Source: Macrostomum lignano
Taxonomy: Eukaryota
Length of the DNA: 64,000 bases
NCBI GenBank assembly: GCA_002269645.1
Contig: NIVC01000818.1
Span: 18,181 to 82,180 of the forward strand
Direction: 5' to 3'
The position numbers were made by a program, and so were the translations under genes. The stretch's first letter is position 1; the number at the start of each line of letters is the position of its first letter. The notes beneath the pieces were generated by a model, which worked only from the letters and a program-made list of their open reading frames with translations, was not told the DNA's origin and did not search any database. This document shows, one piece after another, positions 36,517 through 48,346 of this stretch.

Positions 36517-37267
36517 ATGCAGCGCTCCGTGCACCTGACTGCCCTCCTATCCGTGCCTCTGGCTCTGCTGTTCCTGGTGGCGATGAGTCAGCCAAGTGTG
36601 CTGCATCACGGATACATCGGCTGCTTTGTTGACAGCAACAGCAATAGAGATTTGAAAGGCCTGACTGGGTTGAAGACAATTGGGCCTTTCACCGATAAGA
36701 TAAACTTGGCCTACTTTTACAATAAATACACCGTCACCATCGAGAGCTGCAGCAGCCTCTGCGCCCTGGGCAGATTTCGCTACTTCGGTCTGCAGGCGGG
36801 AGGCTTCTGCTTCTGCGGCAACAGCTACGGACTGCATGGAGCCGCTTCATCAGATTCTGAGTGTAACAAAAACTGCTATGGAAATAGCAGCCAGATTTGC
36901 GGCGGCTTCGGTAGAAACTCGGTGAGAACTTCTATGCGCCCGGTAAGAAAAGTTTGCTGTTCCTTTAGCTAAAAATTCCTGCATCTACATTTTTCTGCAT
37001 TTGTGCTGCTGCTCGGAGACCGGCCTCTTCAAGCGCGTGGCCTCAACCAAGTCGATGCTCACCACCGCGCCCGGACAGCCAGAGAACAGCACCTACTGGA
37101 GCCAGGAGGCCACGGTGGCCTTCGAGTGCCTCGCCGCCTGCCGCCACAGCCCGGACTGCCTCGCCTGCGCCTTCATGCAGTCCAGCCGGATGTGCCGCCT
37201 CCTGAGATTCGCCGCTGTGCCCGGCGAGATCGCCAGCGAGGCCCAGTGGGTCTGGGTGAAGCCGTGA
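36517..37267 (+). CDS. Secreted WSC-PAN protein A2; exons 36517-36942 (or 36921), 37019-37267; frameshift apparently compensated by an acceptor shift
   Basis: High identity to A1/A3/A4. Net 4-nt loss near 36921 makes the old donor phase 0; the ancestral acceptor AG is mutated to GG and the next AG (37017-37018) gives a phase-0 exon start. Could alternatively be a pseudogene. Confidence 0.65.
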
Positions 37268-38393
37268 GCCTATATGTGGACTGATAGTCTACCGTGGATA
37301 AACAAACATTGAACAGTTACCAGCGCAGAACACGAACCTACTAAAGCTTGTTTGTTTAAATGAACGAGAATTTGAAAAAAATGATAATTGAAGCAGCAGG
37401 AAGACCGGAACATTTGCGGTCACACTTTGAAATCATAACGCAAAACAACAAAATAATATAATAAACTCGATTATTTAGCTTTTATCGCATTGCAAAAATG
37501 TCTAATATTTTTTTTCTTCATCCACTAAAGTCTAAGTAGATATTAATCATTGATAACTTATCCTTGACCTTGATCAACCAAGTTGGTGCTGAAAATTCTG
37601 AAAAGTTCTGAGCGGTAGAAAAACACAGTGCGGGTTTTGCCAGCACAGATCTCGGATGCGCCATGGAATCGCGGAGTCTGCGAACTGACATCATCTGTTG
37701 ATTGACAACCATGTGTTTTATCGACCTTGGCTCCCCATCAATTTTCCAACCAGCATTCATTGCCATTGCCAAGGTGAGCAGGTGCTCATCATGTGATTGT
37801 ATCCCTGGGTGAACCCCTCGTTATCTAAGCAGGCATCAGCCAGTTGTTGAACTCGAAATCGCGTCTGTCAGCGGAGATGCATGACCTTAAGAAGAGTTAT
37901 CAAGAGTACTAAAGCAGAAAAAGCAGCATAAGGCATAGGGAAAGTCTGACAGTCTTGTAACTTTCTGTGGCCTCTGGCACAACGCTAAGTCAGTCTTAGG
38001 AGTCTTGGTGGTAGCAGTGGTCCTAAGGACATGAAATCAAGAAATAGAAACCATTTTTCATAATGGGCACCACTCCAGTGGATCCACTTTGTTCTTTTTC
38101 TAGTGCAATGAATATATTTTACAAACTGATTGTCTACTTTCAGTAGCAAAATAAGCGGCAGATGGGTAGAAAATTTTACTATTGCAATTTTTGTACTTGC
38201 TTTATACTTATTTCACATAAGCAGAAGTCTCTTGCCCCAAATGCCAAAGTGTATAGAGGAACAGATTCTGCTGTAGTTGCACACAGCTTCTGTACAGAAT
38301 GCAAACTGGCAACTTGACTCTTGTTTGAGTAAGCCGTTCACCCATTGGTATTTATATTGTGAGAGTATTCTGCTTTTGTAATCTTTGTATTAA

Positions 38394-38632
38394 TTAGAGG
38401 CAAGGGGTTGTGTGCACCCTGGCGCACTTTAAGCGACATAGGCACACAACCGGCGAGAGGCATTACTGCCCATTCCGCCAACTCCCCTGAGTAGGCACAC
38501 AAGCGCGTGAATACGTACGCAGTCATACACACAGGCACTCACGCAGGAGTGTACAGCAGCCCTAACTTTATTAATAGTTAGGCATGTACACTTCACCTGT
38601 GCCTTGGGGGTTGACCGTCACGGGCGTTAATT
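38394..38632 (-). mobile_element. SINE family 1, head-truncated next to the DIRS/Ngaro remnant
   Basis: Same 3' end and body as 48002-48230; tRNA head absent. Confidence 0.75.
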
Positions 38633-38659
38633 TCTTGATTAATTTTTTATTTGTCAATA

Positions 38660-40760
38660 ACCATGGAAAGTGCACGCGCACCAACAGCCAGACAGCTCAG
38701 AAATCAAGGCGCTCACACGGCTTTAGTGTGAGCTCAACGGGAATCAGACTGCTGCCTCCCTACTTCAAGGTGAGCTCACAGCTTTTCCTGCTGTTGTGTA
38801 CGAGGCCTTTTTATCTTGCGCAGGTGTAGAGAGCGGTCAGTCGGCCAGAAAGCGCAGCCGGGCCTACCTGATCCGAGAATTTGTCAGGCCCAACGCCAAC
38901 CAGTCAACCAAGAGCCTGACCGCCTGGATGGAGAACGGAAACTTGGTGATCAAAAAGCAGCCGCCAAGCCTAAGCAAAATTTACACTCACCAATGGATCT
39001 CTGGCAATGCTCAAATCCTACAACGCCTGAACTGACGACGGCTCGCTCATCTACTTGAGTGACGACGGATCTGTGAGCACCAGCAAGCTGAGAGGCTACC
39101 TGCTGTACTCCCAGAAGATTGGAGAACTCTTGGACGCCAACTACAGCCCAAACTGTGTGTGCGAGTTTGATGAAGACTACAGGAAGCTGATGGCCGAGTC
39201 GGACTGCAAACCCCCGCAGCTGTACCACCGCCACCTGAACGCTCCACGCAATCTGAAGGTCACTTTGAACCGACTCGGTATTTCGCAGCCGCAGGCGCCC
39301 ATCTGCCTGAGCTTCAACTCACCAGCCGGCTCTCAACGGTCCAGCTGCCGGTGCCGGCACGTCTGCAAGCTGCCTGGCTGAGGCAAGCCGCATCCCGCCC
39401 ACTGCATCATCAGAGCACGATGCGGCGGAGGGGTCAAAGAACTAGATTTACTTTATAGCCACCATGCTTTTATCTCCCAACCGCTCTCATCCCATTGTTT
39501 GCATCCCCGATCGCCCCTGCTTGTCATTCCCCCCCCCGCCCCCGCCGCACATGCTGTCTTCCGACATGAACTTGGCTTCTTGGAATCTTCTGCTTCACAA
39601 CGACCCAGACGAGAGATTCCTCCGAAGAGGCCTTCATATTGGCTTCCGCCTCATCAACAAGCCTCCGCCTGTCTTCGCGCATTCTGCCAACTACCGTTCC
39701 GCTACTGACCATGCCGAGCAGGTGGACAAGCAACTCTCCGAAGAGCTCCGCCTTGGCCGCTTAAAACCCGCTAGCAGACGCGTCATGGTGAATGCTATCG
39801 GTGCGATTCCCAAGTCTGACGGCAGCGTTCGGATCATTCACGATCTGTCCAGTCCTTCCGGCTCTTCGGTGAACGACAGCTATGAGCAGGAGCGGAGTCT
39901 GAGGTTCTCCTTCGTGTAGGATCTGCTGCGTCACATCCGGCCAGACTCGTTTATGGGCAAGGTCGATCTGAAGCAGGCCTACCGCTCTGTCGGCATTCAA
40001 CCCGGACGATCAGGCGCTGACGGGTCTCAGCTGGCGTTTCGCGGCTGGCACCGAATCCTCGGTGTTCATCGACACCCGGCTGCCATTCGGTGCCCGGGCC
40101 TCTGGCGAGATCTTTCACCGCCATTCATCGCCACATGCATAGGCAAGGCTACTAAGCTTTTGTCAACCTGGACGACTGGGTGGTTGCCGGCGACTCGCAG
40201 GAAGAAGCTGAATGCACTTACGACTACCTGGTGCACCTCCTGCAAGACCTGGGCTTCACCATCAACTGGAGCGAGTCCACGGCCTCAGCACAGTGGATGG
40301 TCTTCCTTGGCGTCCAAATCGACACAATTGACGACGCGCTGTCGCTGCCCATGGACAAGGCCGCCAGCACCAGAGATTTGCTGAAGGACATCGCAACTCT
40401 CCCGCAACATCGTCAAGCTCAAGCAGCTGGAGAGGCTGGCCGGGAAGCTGTGCTGGTTGGGCCAGATCAACAAGCTGCTGCGTCCTTTTTGACCTCATTA
40501 GCGACAGTCGAGATCTCCGGCTGCCTCAAGAAGGTCACAGTCTGCTGCAATGGTGGCTTCAGACAGTGGACTCTGCCACCTACACAGCTTCACCCGCGCT
40601 TCCATCAGTTGGTGGCCATCGAGTCCGACAGCACCTCTGAAGGCCTTCCTGGGCGGTCTCTCTGTGGCCGACATCTGCTGCATTGGTGACTGGCGCTGCG
40701 GCTCCGTCGTCTCCTATTTCTCGGACGATGCAGACTTTGCCCGCAGACGCTCTGCTGTCA
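38660..40760 (+). mobile_element. Decayed tyrosine-recombinase-class (DIRS/Ngaro-like) retrotransposon: gag-like ORF plus RT/RNase H remnants; no YR ORF seen
   Basis: Gag-like YLLYSQKIGELL...EFDEDYRKLMA followed by a C..FN...C..C.H.C zinc-knuckle-like motif (about 39090-39400). RT motifs IGAIPKSDGSVRIIHDLS.P.GSSVND, MGKVDLKQAYRSV, LPFG, (Y>N)LDD, LGFTINW and FLGVQIDT. Several stops and frameshifts. Confidence 0.85.
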
Positions 40761-41397
40761 CCTCATTGAAGCCTGCACTAGTCAAATCCTTAGTCAAGCC
40801 ATGACTCAAAGCTCAGCGTTATAGAATACGTTCTTGATTTCATGATTTCCGTTTATGTTTTGGGGACAATTTACTGTAAATGCTTCGTTATGAAACACCT
40901 GTCAAAAATAATCAGCCGTTAATCTGACATTGACGCATTAAATCTCAAGCAATCGACTACTATTGAGTAGCGAGATAGGAATGACAACTACACCGTTAAA
41001 AATGCGTTGAAAATTTAAAAGCCAGCATTCTGGACCGGGTCCAATGTTTCTTTCTCGAGTTCTCGAGTTTTGAACACGTGCATTGCTGGTTGGCATTATA
41101 CCAGCATAAGACCAGAAAATGATACCGCATGTATTCAGCGTAGACTTTCTCGTTGCTCTCTAAGCGCTACTCCTCTTTCTGGCTCGGCTTCTGTTGCTAT
41201 GCGGTCTTGTGCCTTTTGAAGTGAGAAGCTCTTCATCCCTGAAATTCCAGATTTCAATCGACTTGGGCTGCCCTGAGCTGCCATTGTGCTTGGGGGCTCG
41301 GGTCCAGGCTTGTTCATTGTGGTCTTATTATCATGTTTGTCACGTCGCACAGTGAAGTCGTTTGACGTGACTTAAGACCGGTTTGTTCTCTATGCCA

Positions 41398-41825
41398 ACA
41401 ATGCAATGCAAGCAGCACCTGCAAGTCAATGCAAGCAGCACCCACAATGCAATGCAAGCAGCACTCACAATGCAATGCAAGCAGCACCTGCAAGTCAATG
41501 CAAGCAGCACCTGCAATGCAATGCAAGCAGCACCTGCAATGCAATGCAAGCAGCACCCACAATGCAATGCAAGCAGCACCCACAATGCAATGCAAGCAGC
41601 ACCTGCAAGTCAATGCAAGCAGCACCCACAATGCAATGCAAGCAGCACCTGCAAGTCAATGCAAGCAGCACCCACAATGCAATGCAAGCAGCACCCACAA
41701 TGCAATGCAAGCAGCACCCACAATGCAATGCAAGCAGCACCTGCAAGTCAATGCAAGCAGCACCTGCAATGCAATGCAAGCAGCACCTGCAAGTCAATGC
41801 AAGCAGCACCTGCAATGCAATGCAC
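41398..41825. repeat. 23-bp minisatellite (caatgcaatgcaagcagcaccca / caagtcaatgcaagcagcacctg variants), about 19 copies
   Basis: Directly visible; only about 3.5 units in the paralogue at 34943-35021. Confidence 0.95.
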
Positions 41826-42738
41826 ACAGCTACAATGCAGCTCTGTGAAAAGCCCGCCATCATCACCTGAGCGAGTCTCCTTTATGAGACGCGTGGCACC
41901 TGCTCTCCAGGCAATGCCAGGAGAGCTCTGAGCTGAACAGTTTGAGCTTTGAGTCGCTGATGAGAGGCAATTTCAAGAATTCTGAGACACGCAGAGTTAG
42001 GAGCCTGTGGCAGCTTCATCTTCCATGAGAGCTATGTTCCCAAAGATGGGAAAGCCGCATGACTTGCATCTTCTGCTTGCTCATTAAAATTCTCAACAAG
42101 CTGTGCTTGCAGGCTAAGCATCCTACAACGATTCAGCTGGGGGGGGATTAGAGACGGAACGGATGCATCGATCGATATTCGCTTTCAGTTCAACAGCAGT
42201 CTTGTGCCACGCACCAGTGCCAGCGCTTTCAATGCTTCTGCTGCTTGGCTGATGTGGAGTTTGAAGCGTTGCTTTTCTGCTGTGCATGGCAGGCTTTCCC
42301 GCCTGAGCAGCTCTGCTTATCTGTCTCAGCTTTGTCTTAATCCTTGGCAGCAGAATGGAACAAAACTTCTTGCTCTTGCCCCGCTGTACTCCTTGACTCG
42401 GCTTTTGTGGCCTCGGTCGTTTCCGCTTGACTCCCGATTCGTACCCTGGGGTTTGGAAATTGCATCGTTATTTTGCAACGATAATACATCAAAGACCACC
42501 AGGAACACTTTGTAGTCTAGAAGTATTTGCAACATATTTTTAGTTTGGGAAGCAGGAGTACATTTAGCTAGTTTTAGTGGCTCTGTGCTATCTAACTTTC
42601 TCGGCGCTACTGCTTTGTTTTTTGCTACATTTTCACTTGTTTTCTTTTACCCGATATCGTGTCTGTCGGCATTCTGACTACATGTATGTATACTATGTAC
42701 TGTGCATGTTTCATGTGACCATCAGGTTGAATTGGATG

Positions 42739-43155
42739 TTTCAGATAGGTTCAGGTAGGTTCAGATAGGTTCAGGTAGGTTCAGTTAGGTTCAGGTAGGT
42801 TAAGTTAGGTTCAGGTAGGTTCAGATAGGTTCACGTAGGTTCAGATAGGTTCACGTAGGTTAAGTTAGGTTCAGGTAGGTTCAGATAGGTTCAGGTAGGT
42901 TAAGTTAGGTTCAGGTAGGTTCAGATAGGTTCACGTAGGTTCAGGTAGGTAGGTTCAGGTAGGTTCAAGTAGGTTCAGGTAGGTTCAGGTAGGTAGGTTC
43001 AGGTAGGTAGGTTCAGGTAGGTAGGTTCAGGTAGGTAGGTTCAGGTAGGTAGGTTCAGGTAGGTTCAAGTAGGTTCAGGTAGGTTCAGATAGGTTCAGAT
43101 AGGTTCAGATAGGTTCAGATAGGTTCAGTTAGGTTCAGATAGGTTCAGTTAGGTA
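42739..43155. repeat. 10-bp (with 14-bp variants) microsatellite (ggttcaggta)n
   Basis: Directly visible; single gttcaggta at 36051-36059 in the paralogue. Confidence 0.95.
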
Positions 43156-43765
43156 GTTTTGCCGTCGAGATTTACGAGCGTTGCAATTTAGCATGCTATA
43201 GCATCTAAAGCATTGCCTGGGCCGGCTCTGAGCCACGGTGAGTAACGGACTATCGCTCGAGAAATCACAAGACAAATCGCAAAGCTGTGCAAGGCAAAGG
43301 AAGATTGTTACAGCTACATGTACTAGCTAATAACAAACAGATAGTCCAGCAATTTTTATCAATGGATATTAAGGACTTTCTGTGACGATTCAGAAACCGA
43401 AGATACCGACAGCGGCTTTCGCTTGTAGCTTGCAGTGTCAATCAAGCGAGACAATGCGAGCTTCCTTTTATAATTGTTGTCTCTCTGCCGCTCCGTCAAG
43501 ATGGACAACGGCAAGTTGAGCTGGTTTTGGTTTGCTGGTGACGAAGCCAGCCTGCCTCAGAAGAATTATTTTCACCAAGTCCCGCAAGTCGCTGCAACCA
43601 ATGAAATTTCATCTGCGTCGCATTCATGCACGCCATTGTTTCTTGTGGCAAATCGTGCATATACATGTAGGCCACATTTGCTTCAGAGGTATCCCAGCTT
43701 GACTGTAATCTTGTCAAAGGGTGTCCTGCAGCCTTCAGTCTGGCTGTAACCGCCGGTGCGCCAGC

Positions 43766-44519
43766 ATGCAGCACTCCGTGCACCTGATTGTCCTCCTATC
43801 CGTGCCTCTGGCTCTGCTGTTCCTGGTGGCGATGAGTCAGCCAAGTGTGCTGCATCACGGATACATCGGCTGCTTTGTTGACAGCAGCAGCAATAGAGAT
43901 TTGAAAGGCCTGACTGGGTTGAAGACTATTGGACCTTTCACCGATAAGATAGAGTTCGCCTACTTTTTCAATGGATACACCGTCACCATCGAGAGCTGCA
44001 GCAGCCTCTGCGCCCTGGGCAGATTTCGCTACTTCGGTCTGCAGGCGGAAGCCTTCTGCTTCTGCGACAACAGTTACGGACTGCACGGAGCCGCTTCATC
44101 AGATTCTGAGTGTAACAAAGACTGCGTTGGAAACAGCAGCCAGATTTGCGGCGGCTTCGATAGGAGCTCCATTTATGAGAACTTCTATGCGCCCGGTAAG
44201 AAAAGTTTCCTGGTCATTTAGCTGACGATTCCTGCATCTGCATTTTCTCAATTTGTGCTGCTGCTCAGAGACCGGCCTCTTCAAGCGCGTGGCCTCAACC
44301 AAGTCGATGCTCACCACCGCGGCCGGACAGACAGAGAACAGCACCTACTGGAGCCAGGAGGCCACGGTGACCTTCGAGTGCCTCGCCGCCTGCCACCGCA
44401 GCCCGGACTGCCTCGCCTGCGCCTTCGTGCAGTCCAGCCGGATGTGCCGGCTCCTGAGATTCGCCGCTGTGCCCAGCGAGGTCGCCAGCGAGGCCCAGTG
44501 GGTCTGGGTGAAGCCGTGA
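43766..44519 (+). CDS. Secreted WSC-PAN protein A3; exons 43766-44195, 44269-44519 (226 aa)
   Basis: Intact signal peptide, 8-Cys WSC domain, phase-1 intron and PAN exon. Confidence 0.9.
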
Positions 44520-44920
44520 GCCTGTCTGACGACTGATAGTCTACCGTGAATAAACAAACATTAACAGTTACCAGCCCAGAACACGAACCTACAAAAGCTT
44601 ATTTGTACTCGTATAAGTGAACGAGGTTTTGAGACAGGAAAAATTGAAGCATCAAAAAGAACAGAACCTTTGCGGTCCCAGTTTACCACTGTAAGAACAA
44701 AATATTATAATAAATTCGACTATTGAGCTATTTATCGCATTGCATAAAAGAAAATCGCATTTTATTGTTAGTTACTTTTTCATCCATTTTAGTATCTAAG
44801 TAGATATTGATCATGGAAAATTCATTGATTTTGATCAATCAATTTAGTGTTCAATATTCCTGAATTTGCTAGTGTATAGTCGCCCCCAGCGGCAGCTCTG
44901 AGCGGTAGAAACCCACATGA

Positions 44921-45085
44921 TGTAGCCTAGTGGTTGGAGCGGCGGACTCACAACTGAAAGATTGGGGGGGGGGGTTCAATTTCGACCTACTCTGGCGACC
45001 CCCCAGTCCTTGGACTGAACATCCCTACGCAGCCTTCAGATGCGCCGCGCAATAGCTGCGGCTGAGCTTTCGGTTGCACATCTGG
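44921..45085 (+). mobile_element. SINE family 2 copy lacking the CORE-like segment
   Basis: tgtagcctagtggttggagcggcggactc head, then ccagtccttggactgaaca..tacgcagccttcagatgcgccgcgcaatagctgcggctgagct tail matching the reverse complement of 21045-21115. Confidence 0.7.
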
Positions 45086-45307
45086 CCATTAGGGTAGGTG
45101 CAAGAAAAACATATTGATATGAGTTGCCATCTAGATCTCAAATGTCCGCAGAATCTGCTAACTGGCATCATCTATGATAGACATCACGTGTTTTAGGCTT
45201 AGCGACCTTGCTCCCCATCAATCTTCCAACCAGCATTATTGTCATCGCCAAGGTCAGCAGGTGCTCATCATATTATTCCATTCCTGGGCAAATCAGCTGC
45301 CGCATGC

Positions 45308-47250
45308 TGCATGCCTGGGTGAGCTCGAACTTGAGTCTGTCAGCTGACATGCATGCCTGGGTGAACTCAAACTTGAGTCTGTCAGCTGACATGCATGCCT
45401 GGGTGAGCTCGAACTTGAGTCTGTCAGCTGACATGCATGCCTGGGTGAGCTCGAACTTGAGTCTGTCAGCTGACATGCATGCCTGGGTGAGCTCGAACTT
45501 GAGTCTGTCAGCTGACATGCATGCCTGGGTGAGCTCGAACTTGAGTCTGTCAGCTGACATGCATGCCTGGGTGAGCTCAAACTTGAGTCTGTCAGCTGAC
45601 ATGCTTGCCTGCGTGAGCTCGAACTTGAGTCTGTCAGCTGACATGCATGCCTGGGTGAGCTCGAACTTGAGTCTGTCAGCTGACATGCTTGCCTGCGTGA
45701 GCTCGAACTTGAGTCTGTCAGCTGACATGCATGCCTGGGTGAGCTCGAACTTGAGTCTGTCAGCTGACATGCATGCCTGGGTGAGCTCGAACTTGAGTCT
45801 GTCAGCTGACATGCATGCCTGGGTGAGCTCAAACTTGAGTCTGTCAGCTGACATGCTTGCCTGCGTGAGCTCGAACTTGAGTCTGTCAGCTGACATGCAT
45901 GCCTGGGTGAGCTCGAACTTGAGTCTGTCAGCTGACATGCATGCCTGGGTGAGCTCGAACTTGAGTCTGTCAGCTGACATGCTTGCCTGCGTGAGCTCGA
46001 ACTTGAGTCTGTCAGCTGACATGCATGCCTGGGTGAGCTCGAACTTGAGTCTGTCAGCTGACATGCTTGCCTGCGTGAGCTCGAACTTGAGTCTGTCAGC
46101 TGACATGCATGCCTGGGTGAGCTCGAACTTGAGTCTGTCAGCTGACATGCATGCCTGGGTGAGCTCGAACTTGAGTCTGTCAGCTGACATGCATGCCTGG
46201 GTGAGCTCGAACTTGAGTCTGTCAGCTGACATGCTTGCCTGCGTGAGCTCGAACTTGAGTCTGTCAGCTGACATGCATGCCTGGGTGAGCTCGAACTTGA
46301 GTCTGTCAGCTGACATGCATGCCTGGGTGAGCTCGAACTTGAGTCTGTCAGCTGACATGCATGCCTGGGTGAGCTCGAACTTGAGTCTGTCAGCTGACAT
46401 GCATGCCTGGGTGAGCTCGAACTTGAGTCTGTCAGCTGACATGCATGCCTGGGTGAGCTCGAACTTGAGTCTGTCAGCTGACATGCTTGCCTGCGTGAGC
46501 TCGAACTTGAGTCTGTCAGCTGACATGCATGCCTGGGTGAGCTCGAACTTGAGTCTGTCAGCTGACATGCATGCCTGGGTGAGCTCGAACTTGAGTCTGT
46601 CAGCTGACATGCATGCCTGGGTGAGCTCGAACTTGAGTCTGTCAGCTGACATGCATGCCTGGGTGAGCTCGAACTTGAGTCTGTCAGCTGACATGCATGC
46701 CTGGGTGAGCTCGAACTTGAGTCTGTCAGCTGACATGCATGCCTGGGTGAGCTCGAACTTGAGTCTGTCAGCTGACATGCATGCCTGGGTGAGCTCGAAC
46801 TTGAGTCTGTCAGCTGACATGCATGCCTGGGTGAGCTCGAACTTGAGTCTGTCAGCTGACATGCATGCCTGGGTGAGCTCGAACTTGAGTCTGTCAGCTG
46901 ACATGCATGCCTGGGTGAGCTCGAACTTGAGTCTGTCAGCTGACATGCATGCCTGGGTGAGCTCGAACTTGAGTCTGTCAGCTGACATGCATGCCTGGGT
47001 GAGCTCGAACTTGAGTCTGTCAGCTGACATGCATGCCTGGGTGAGCTCGAACTTGAGTCTGTCAGCTGACATGCATGCCTGGGTGAGCTCGAACTTGAGT
47101 CTGTCAGCTGACATGCATGCCTGGGTGAACTCGAACTTGAGTCTGTCAGCTGACATGCATGCCTGGGTGAACTCGAACTTGAGTCTGTCAGCTGACATGC
47201 ATGCCTGGGTGAGCTCGAACTTGAGTCTGTCAGCTGACATGCATGCCTGG
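45308..47250. repeat. 42-bp minisatellite (gcatgcctgggtgagctcgaacttgagtctgtcagctgacat)n, about 46 copies
   Basis: Directly visible; degenerate monomer at 37849-37886 in the paralogue; source of the two 681-aa ORFs. Confidence 0.97.
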
Positions 47251-48001
47251 TAAGACAAGTTTAGAAAGCGTAGAAAAAACAGGAAAGAAGCTGAAAAGCT
47301 GCAATGCTTTTGTTTCAATAGACCATCTTCGTTGCTGATGAGAATCTGCTGCCTTTGCTGCTCCAGCCCTGACTGCTTTTTGGCTGAACTTCTAAATCCA
47401 CGATTGGGGAGACTTGTTGCTGAGAGTTGTGGGGAACACTGTGCTTCCCAGTGACTGAAGCGAGCGATTCCCTGCGGCGTTGGGAACGTTCTGACAGTCT
47501 TGCGACTCTCCGCGGCTTCTCTCAGTCAGTCCTTAGGACTCTTAGCTGTAGTCAGGAAATAGAAAAAAACATTTTTTTCTATTATTGACGCCAGTGAATC
47601 AACTTTATTCTTCTTCTACAGTAAAGAATACATTTAAAAAACTTAGTAGCTACTTTCAGTAGCAAAATAAGAGTCAGACGGGGTAGAAACTTTTATTGGT
47701 GCAATTTTTGTACTTACAGCATAGTTCACGAAGTGTAACAACCTGCTGTACAGGGGAGATTCTGCTGCACAGTTTTGGGGTCATCGTGTGGTTGATGCAC
47801 ACAAATTATGTGCAGAGTGCAATTGTGTCTGAATCTGTTTGAATCAAGCATGCTTTTTGCAATCAGTGTTGAATCAGTTCAGTTACAGTAGTCAACTAAG
47901 AACAGGCAAAGAACGCATTTACAAACTACTTTAAGTAATCAATTAAGCGCTTTCTTAACAGATTTCATGTTAAAATTCTGCTGTTGAACTCTTTGTTATA
48001 G

Positions 48002-48346
48002 TTAGAGGCAAGGGGCTGTGTGCACCCTGGCGCACTTTAACGACATAGGCACACAAAGAGGCATTACTGCCCATTCCGCCGACTCCCCTGAGCAGGCATA
48101 CAAGCGTGCGGATACGCCCAGGCACACACTCACACAGGAGTGTACAGCGGCCCTAACTTTATTAATCGTTAGGCATGTACACTTCACTTTGCCTTGGGGG
48201 TTGGCCCTCAGGGGTATCAATTGCACGAGCAGAGCCAAGTCGAGATTCCAACTTGGCCCAAGATGAATGTGACTGCACTTGGAATCGAGCCTGGGCCGCT
48301 GGCACGCGAGAGCGGCCGTGATAGACCACTGAGGCTACGGTCCCCC
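48002..48346 (-). mobile_element. SINE family 1, full-length copy
   Basis: Head ccgtagcctcagtggtctatcacggccgctctcgcgtgccagcggcccaggctcgattcc (A and B boxes), body, and 3' end ccccttgcctctaa. Confidence 0.8.

Larger units (their letters stand above)
34205..38632 (+). repeat. Segmental duplication unit copy 1 (contains WSC-PAN A2); paralogue at 40803-48220
   Basis: Collinear similarity from gactcaaagc..cgttatagaa (about 34205 and 40803) through the gene to the SINE; a partial third copy is upstream of B2 (about 32330-32830). Confidence 0.85.
40803..48220 (+). repeat. Segmental duplication unit copy 2 (contains WSC-PAN A3), enlarged by three minisatellite expansions
   Basis: Collinear with 34205-38632. 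Confidence 0.85.

Noticed and set aside
38770-38823. Apparent 54-nt GT-AG intron in the retroelement gag region
   Set aside because: Length is a multiple of three and it reads through without stops in the same frame, so an intron is not required.
45208-47318. Two 681-aa ORFs on opposite strands
   Set aside because: Both are translations of a stop-free 42-bp satellite that is a single degenerate unit in the paralogous segment; no coding context.
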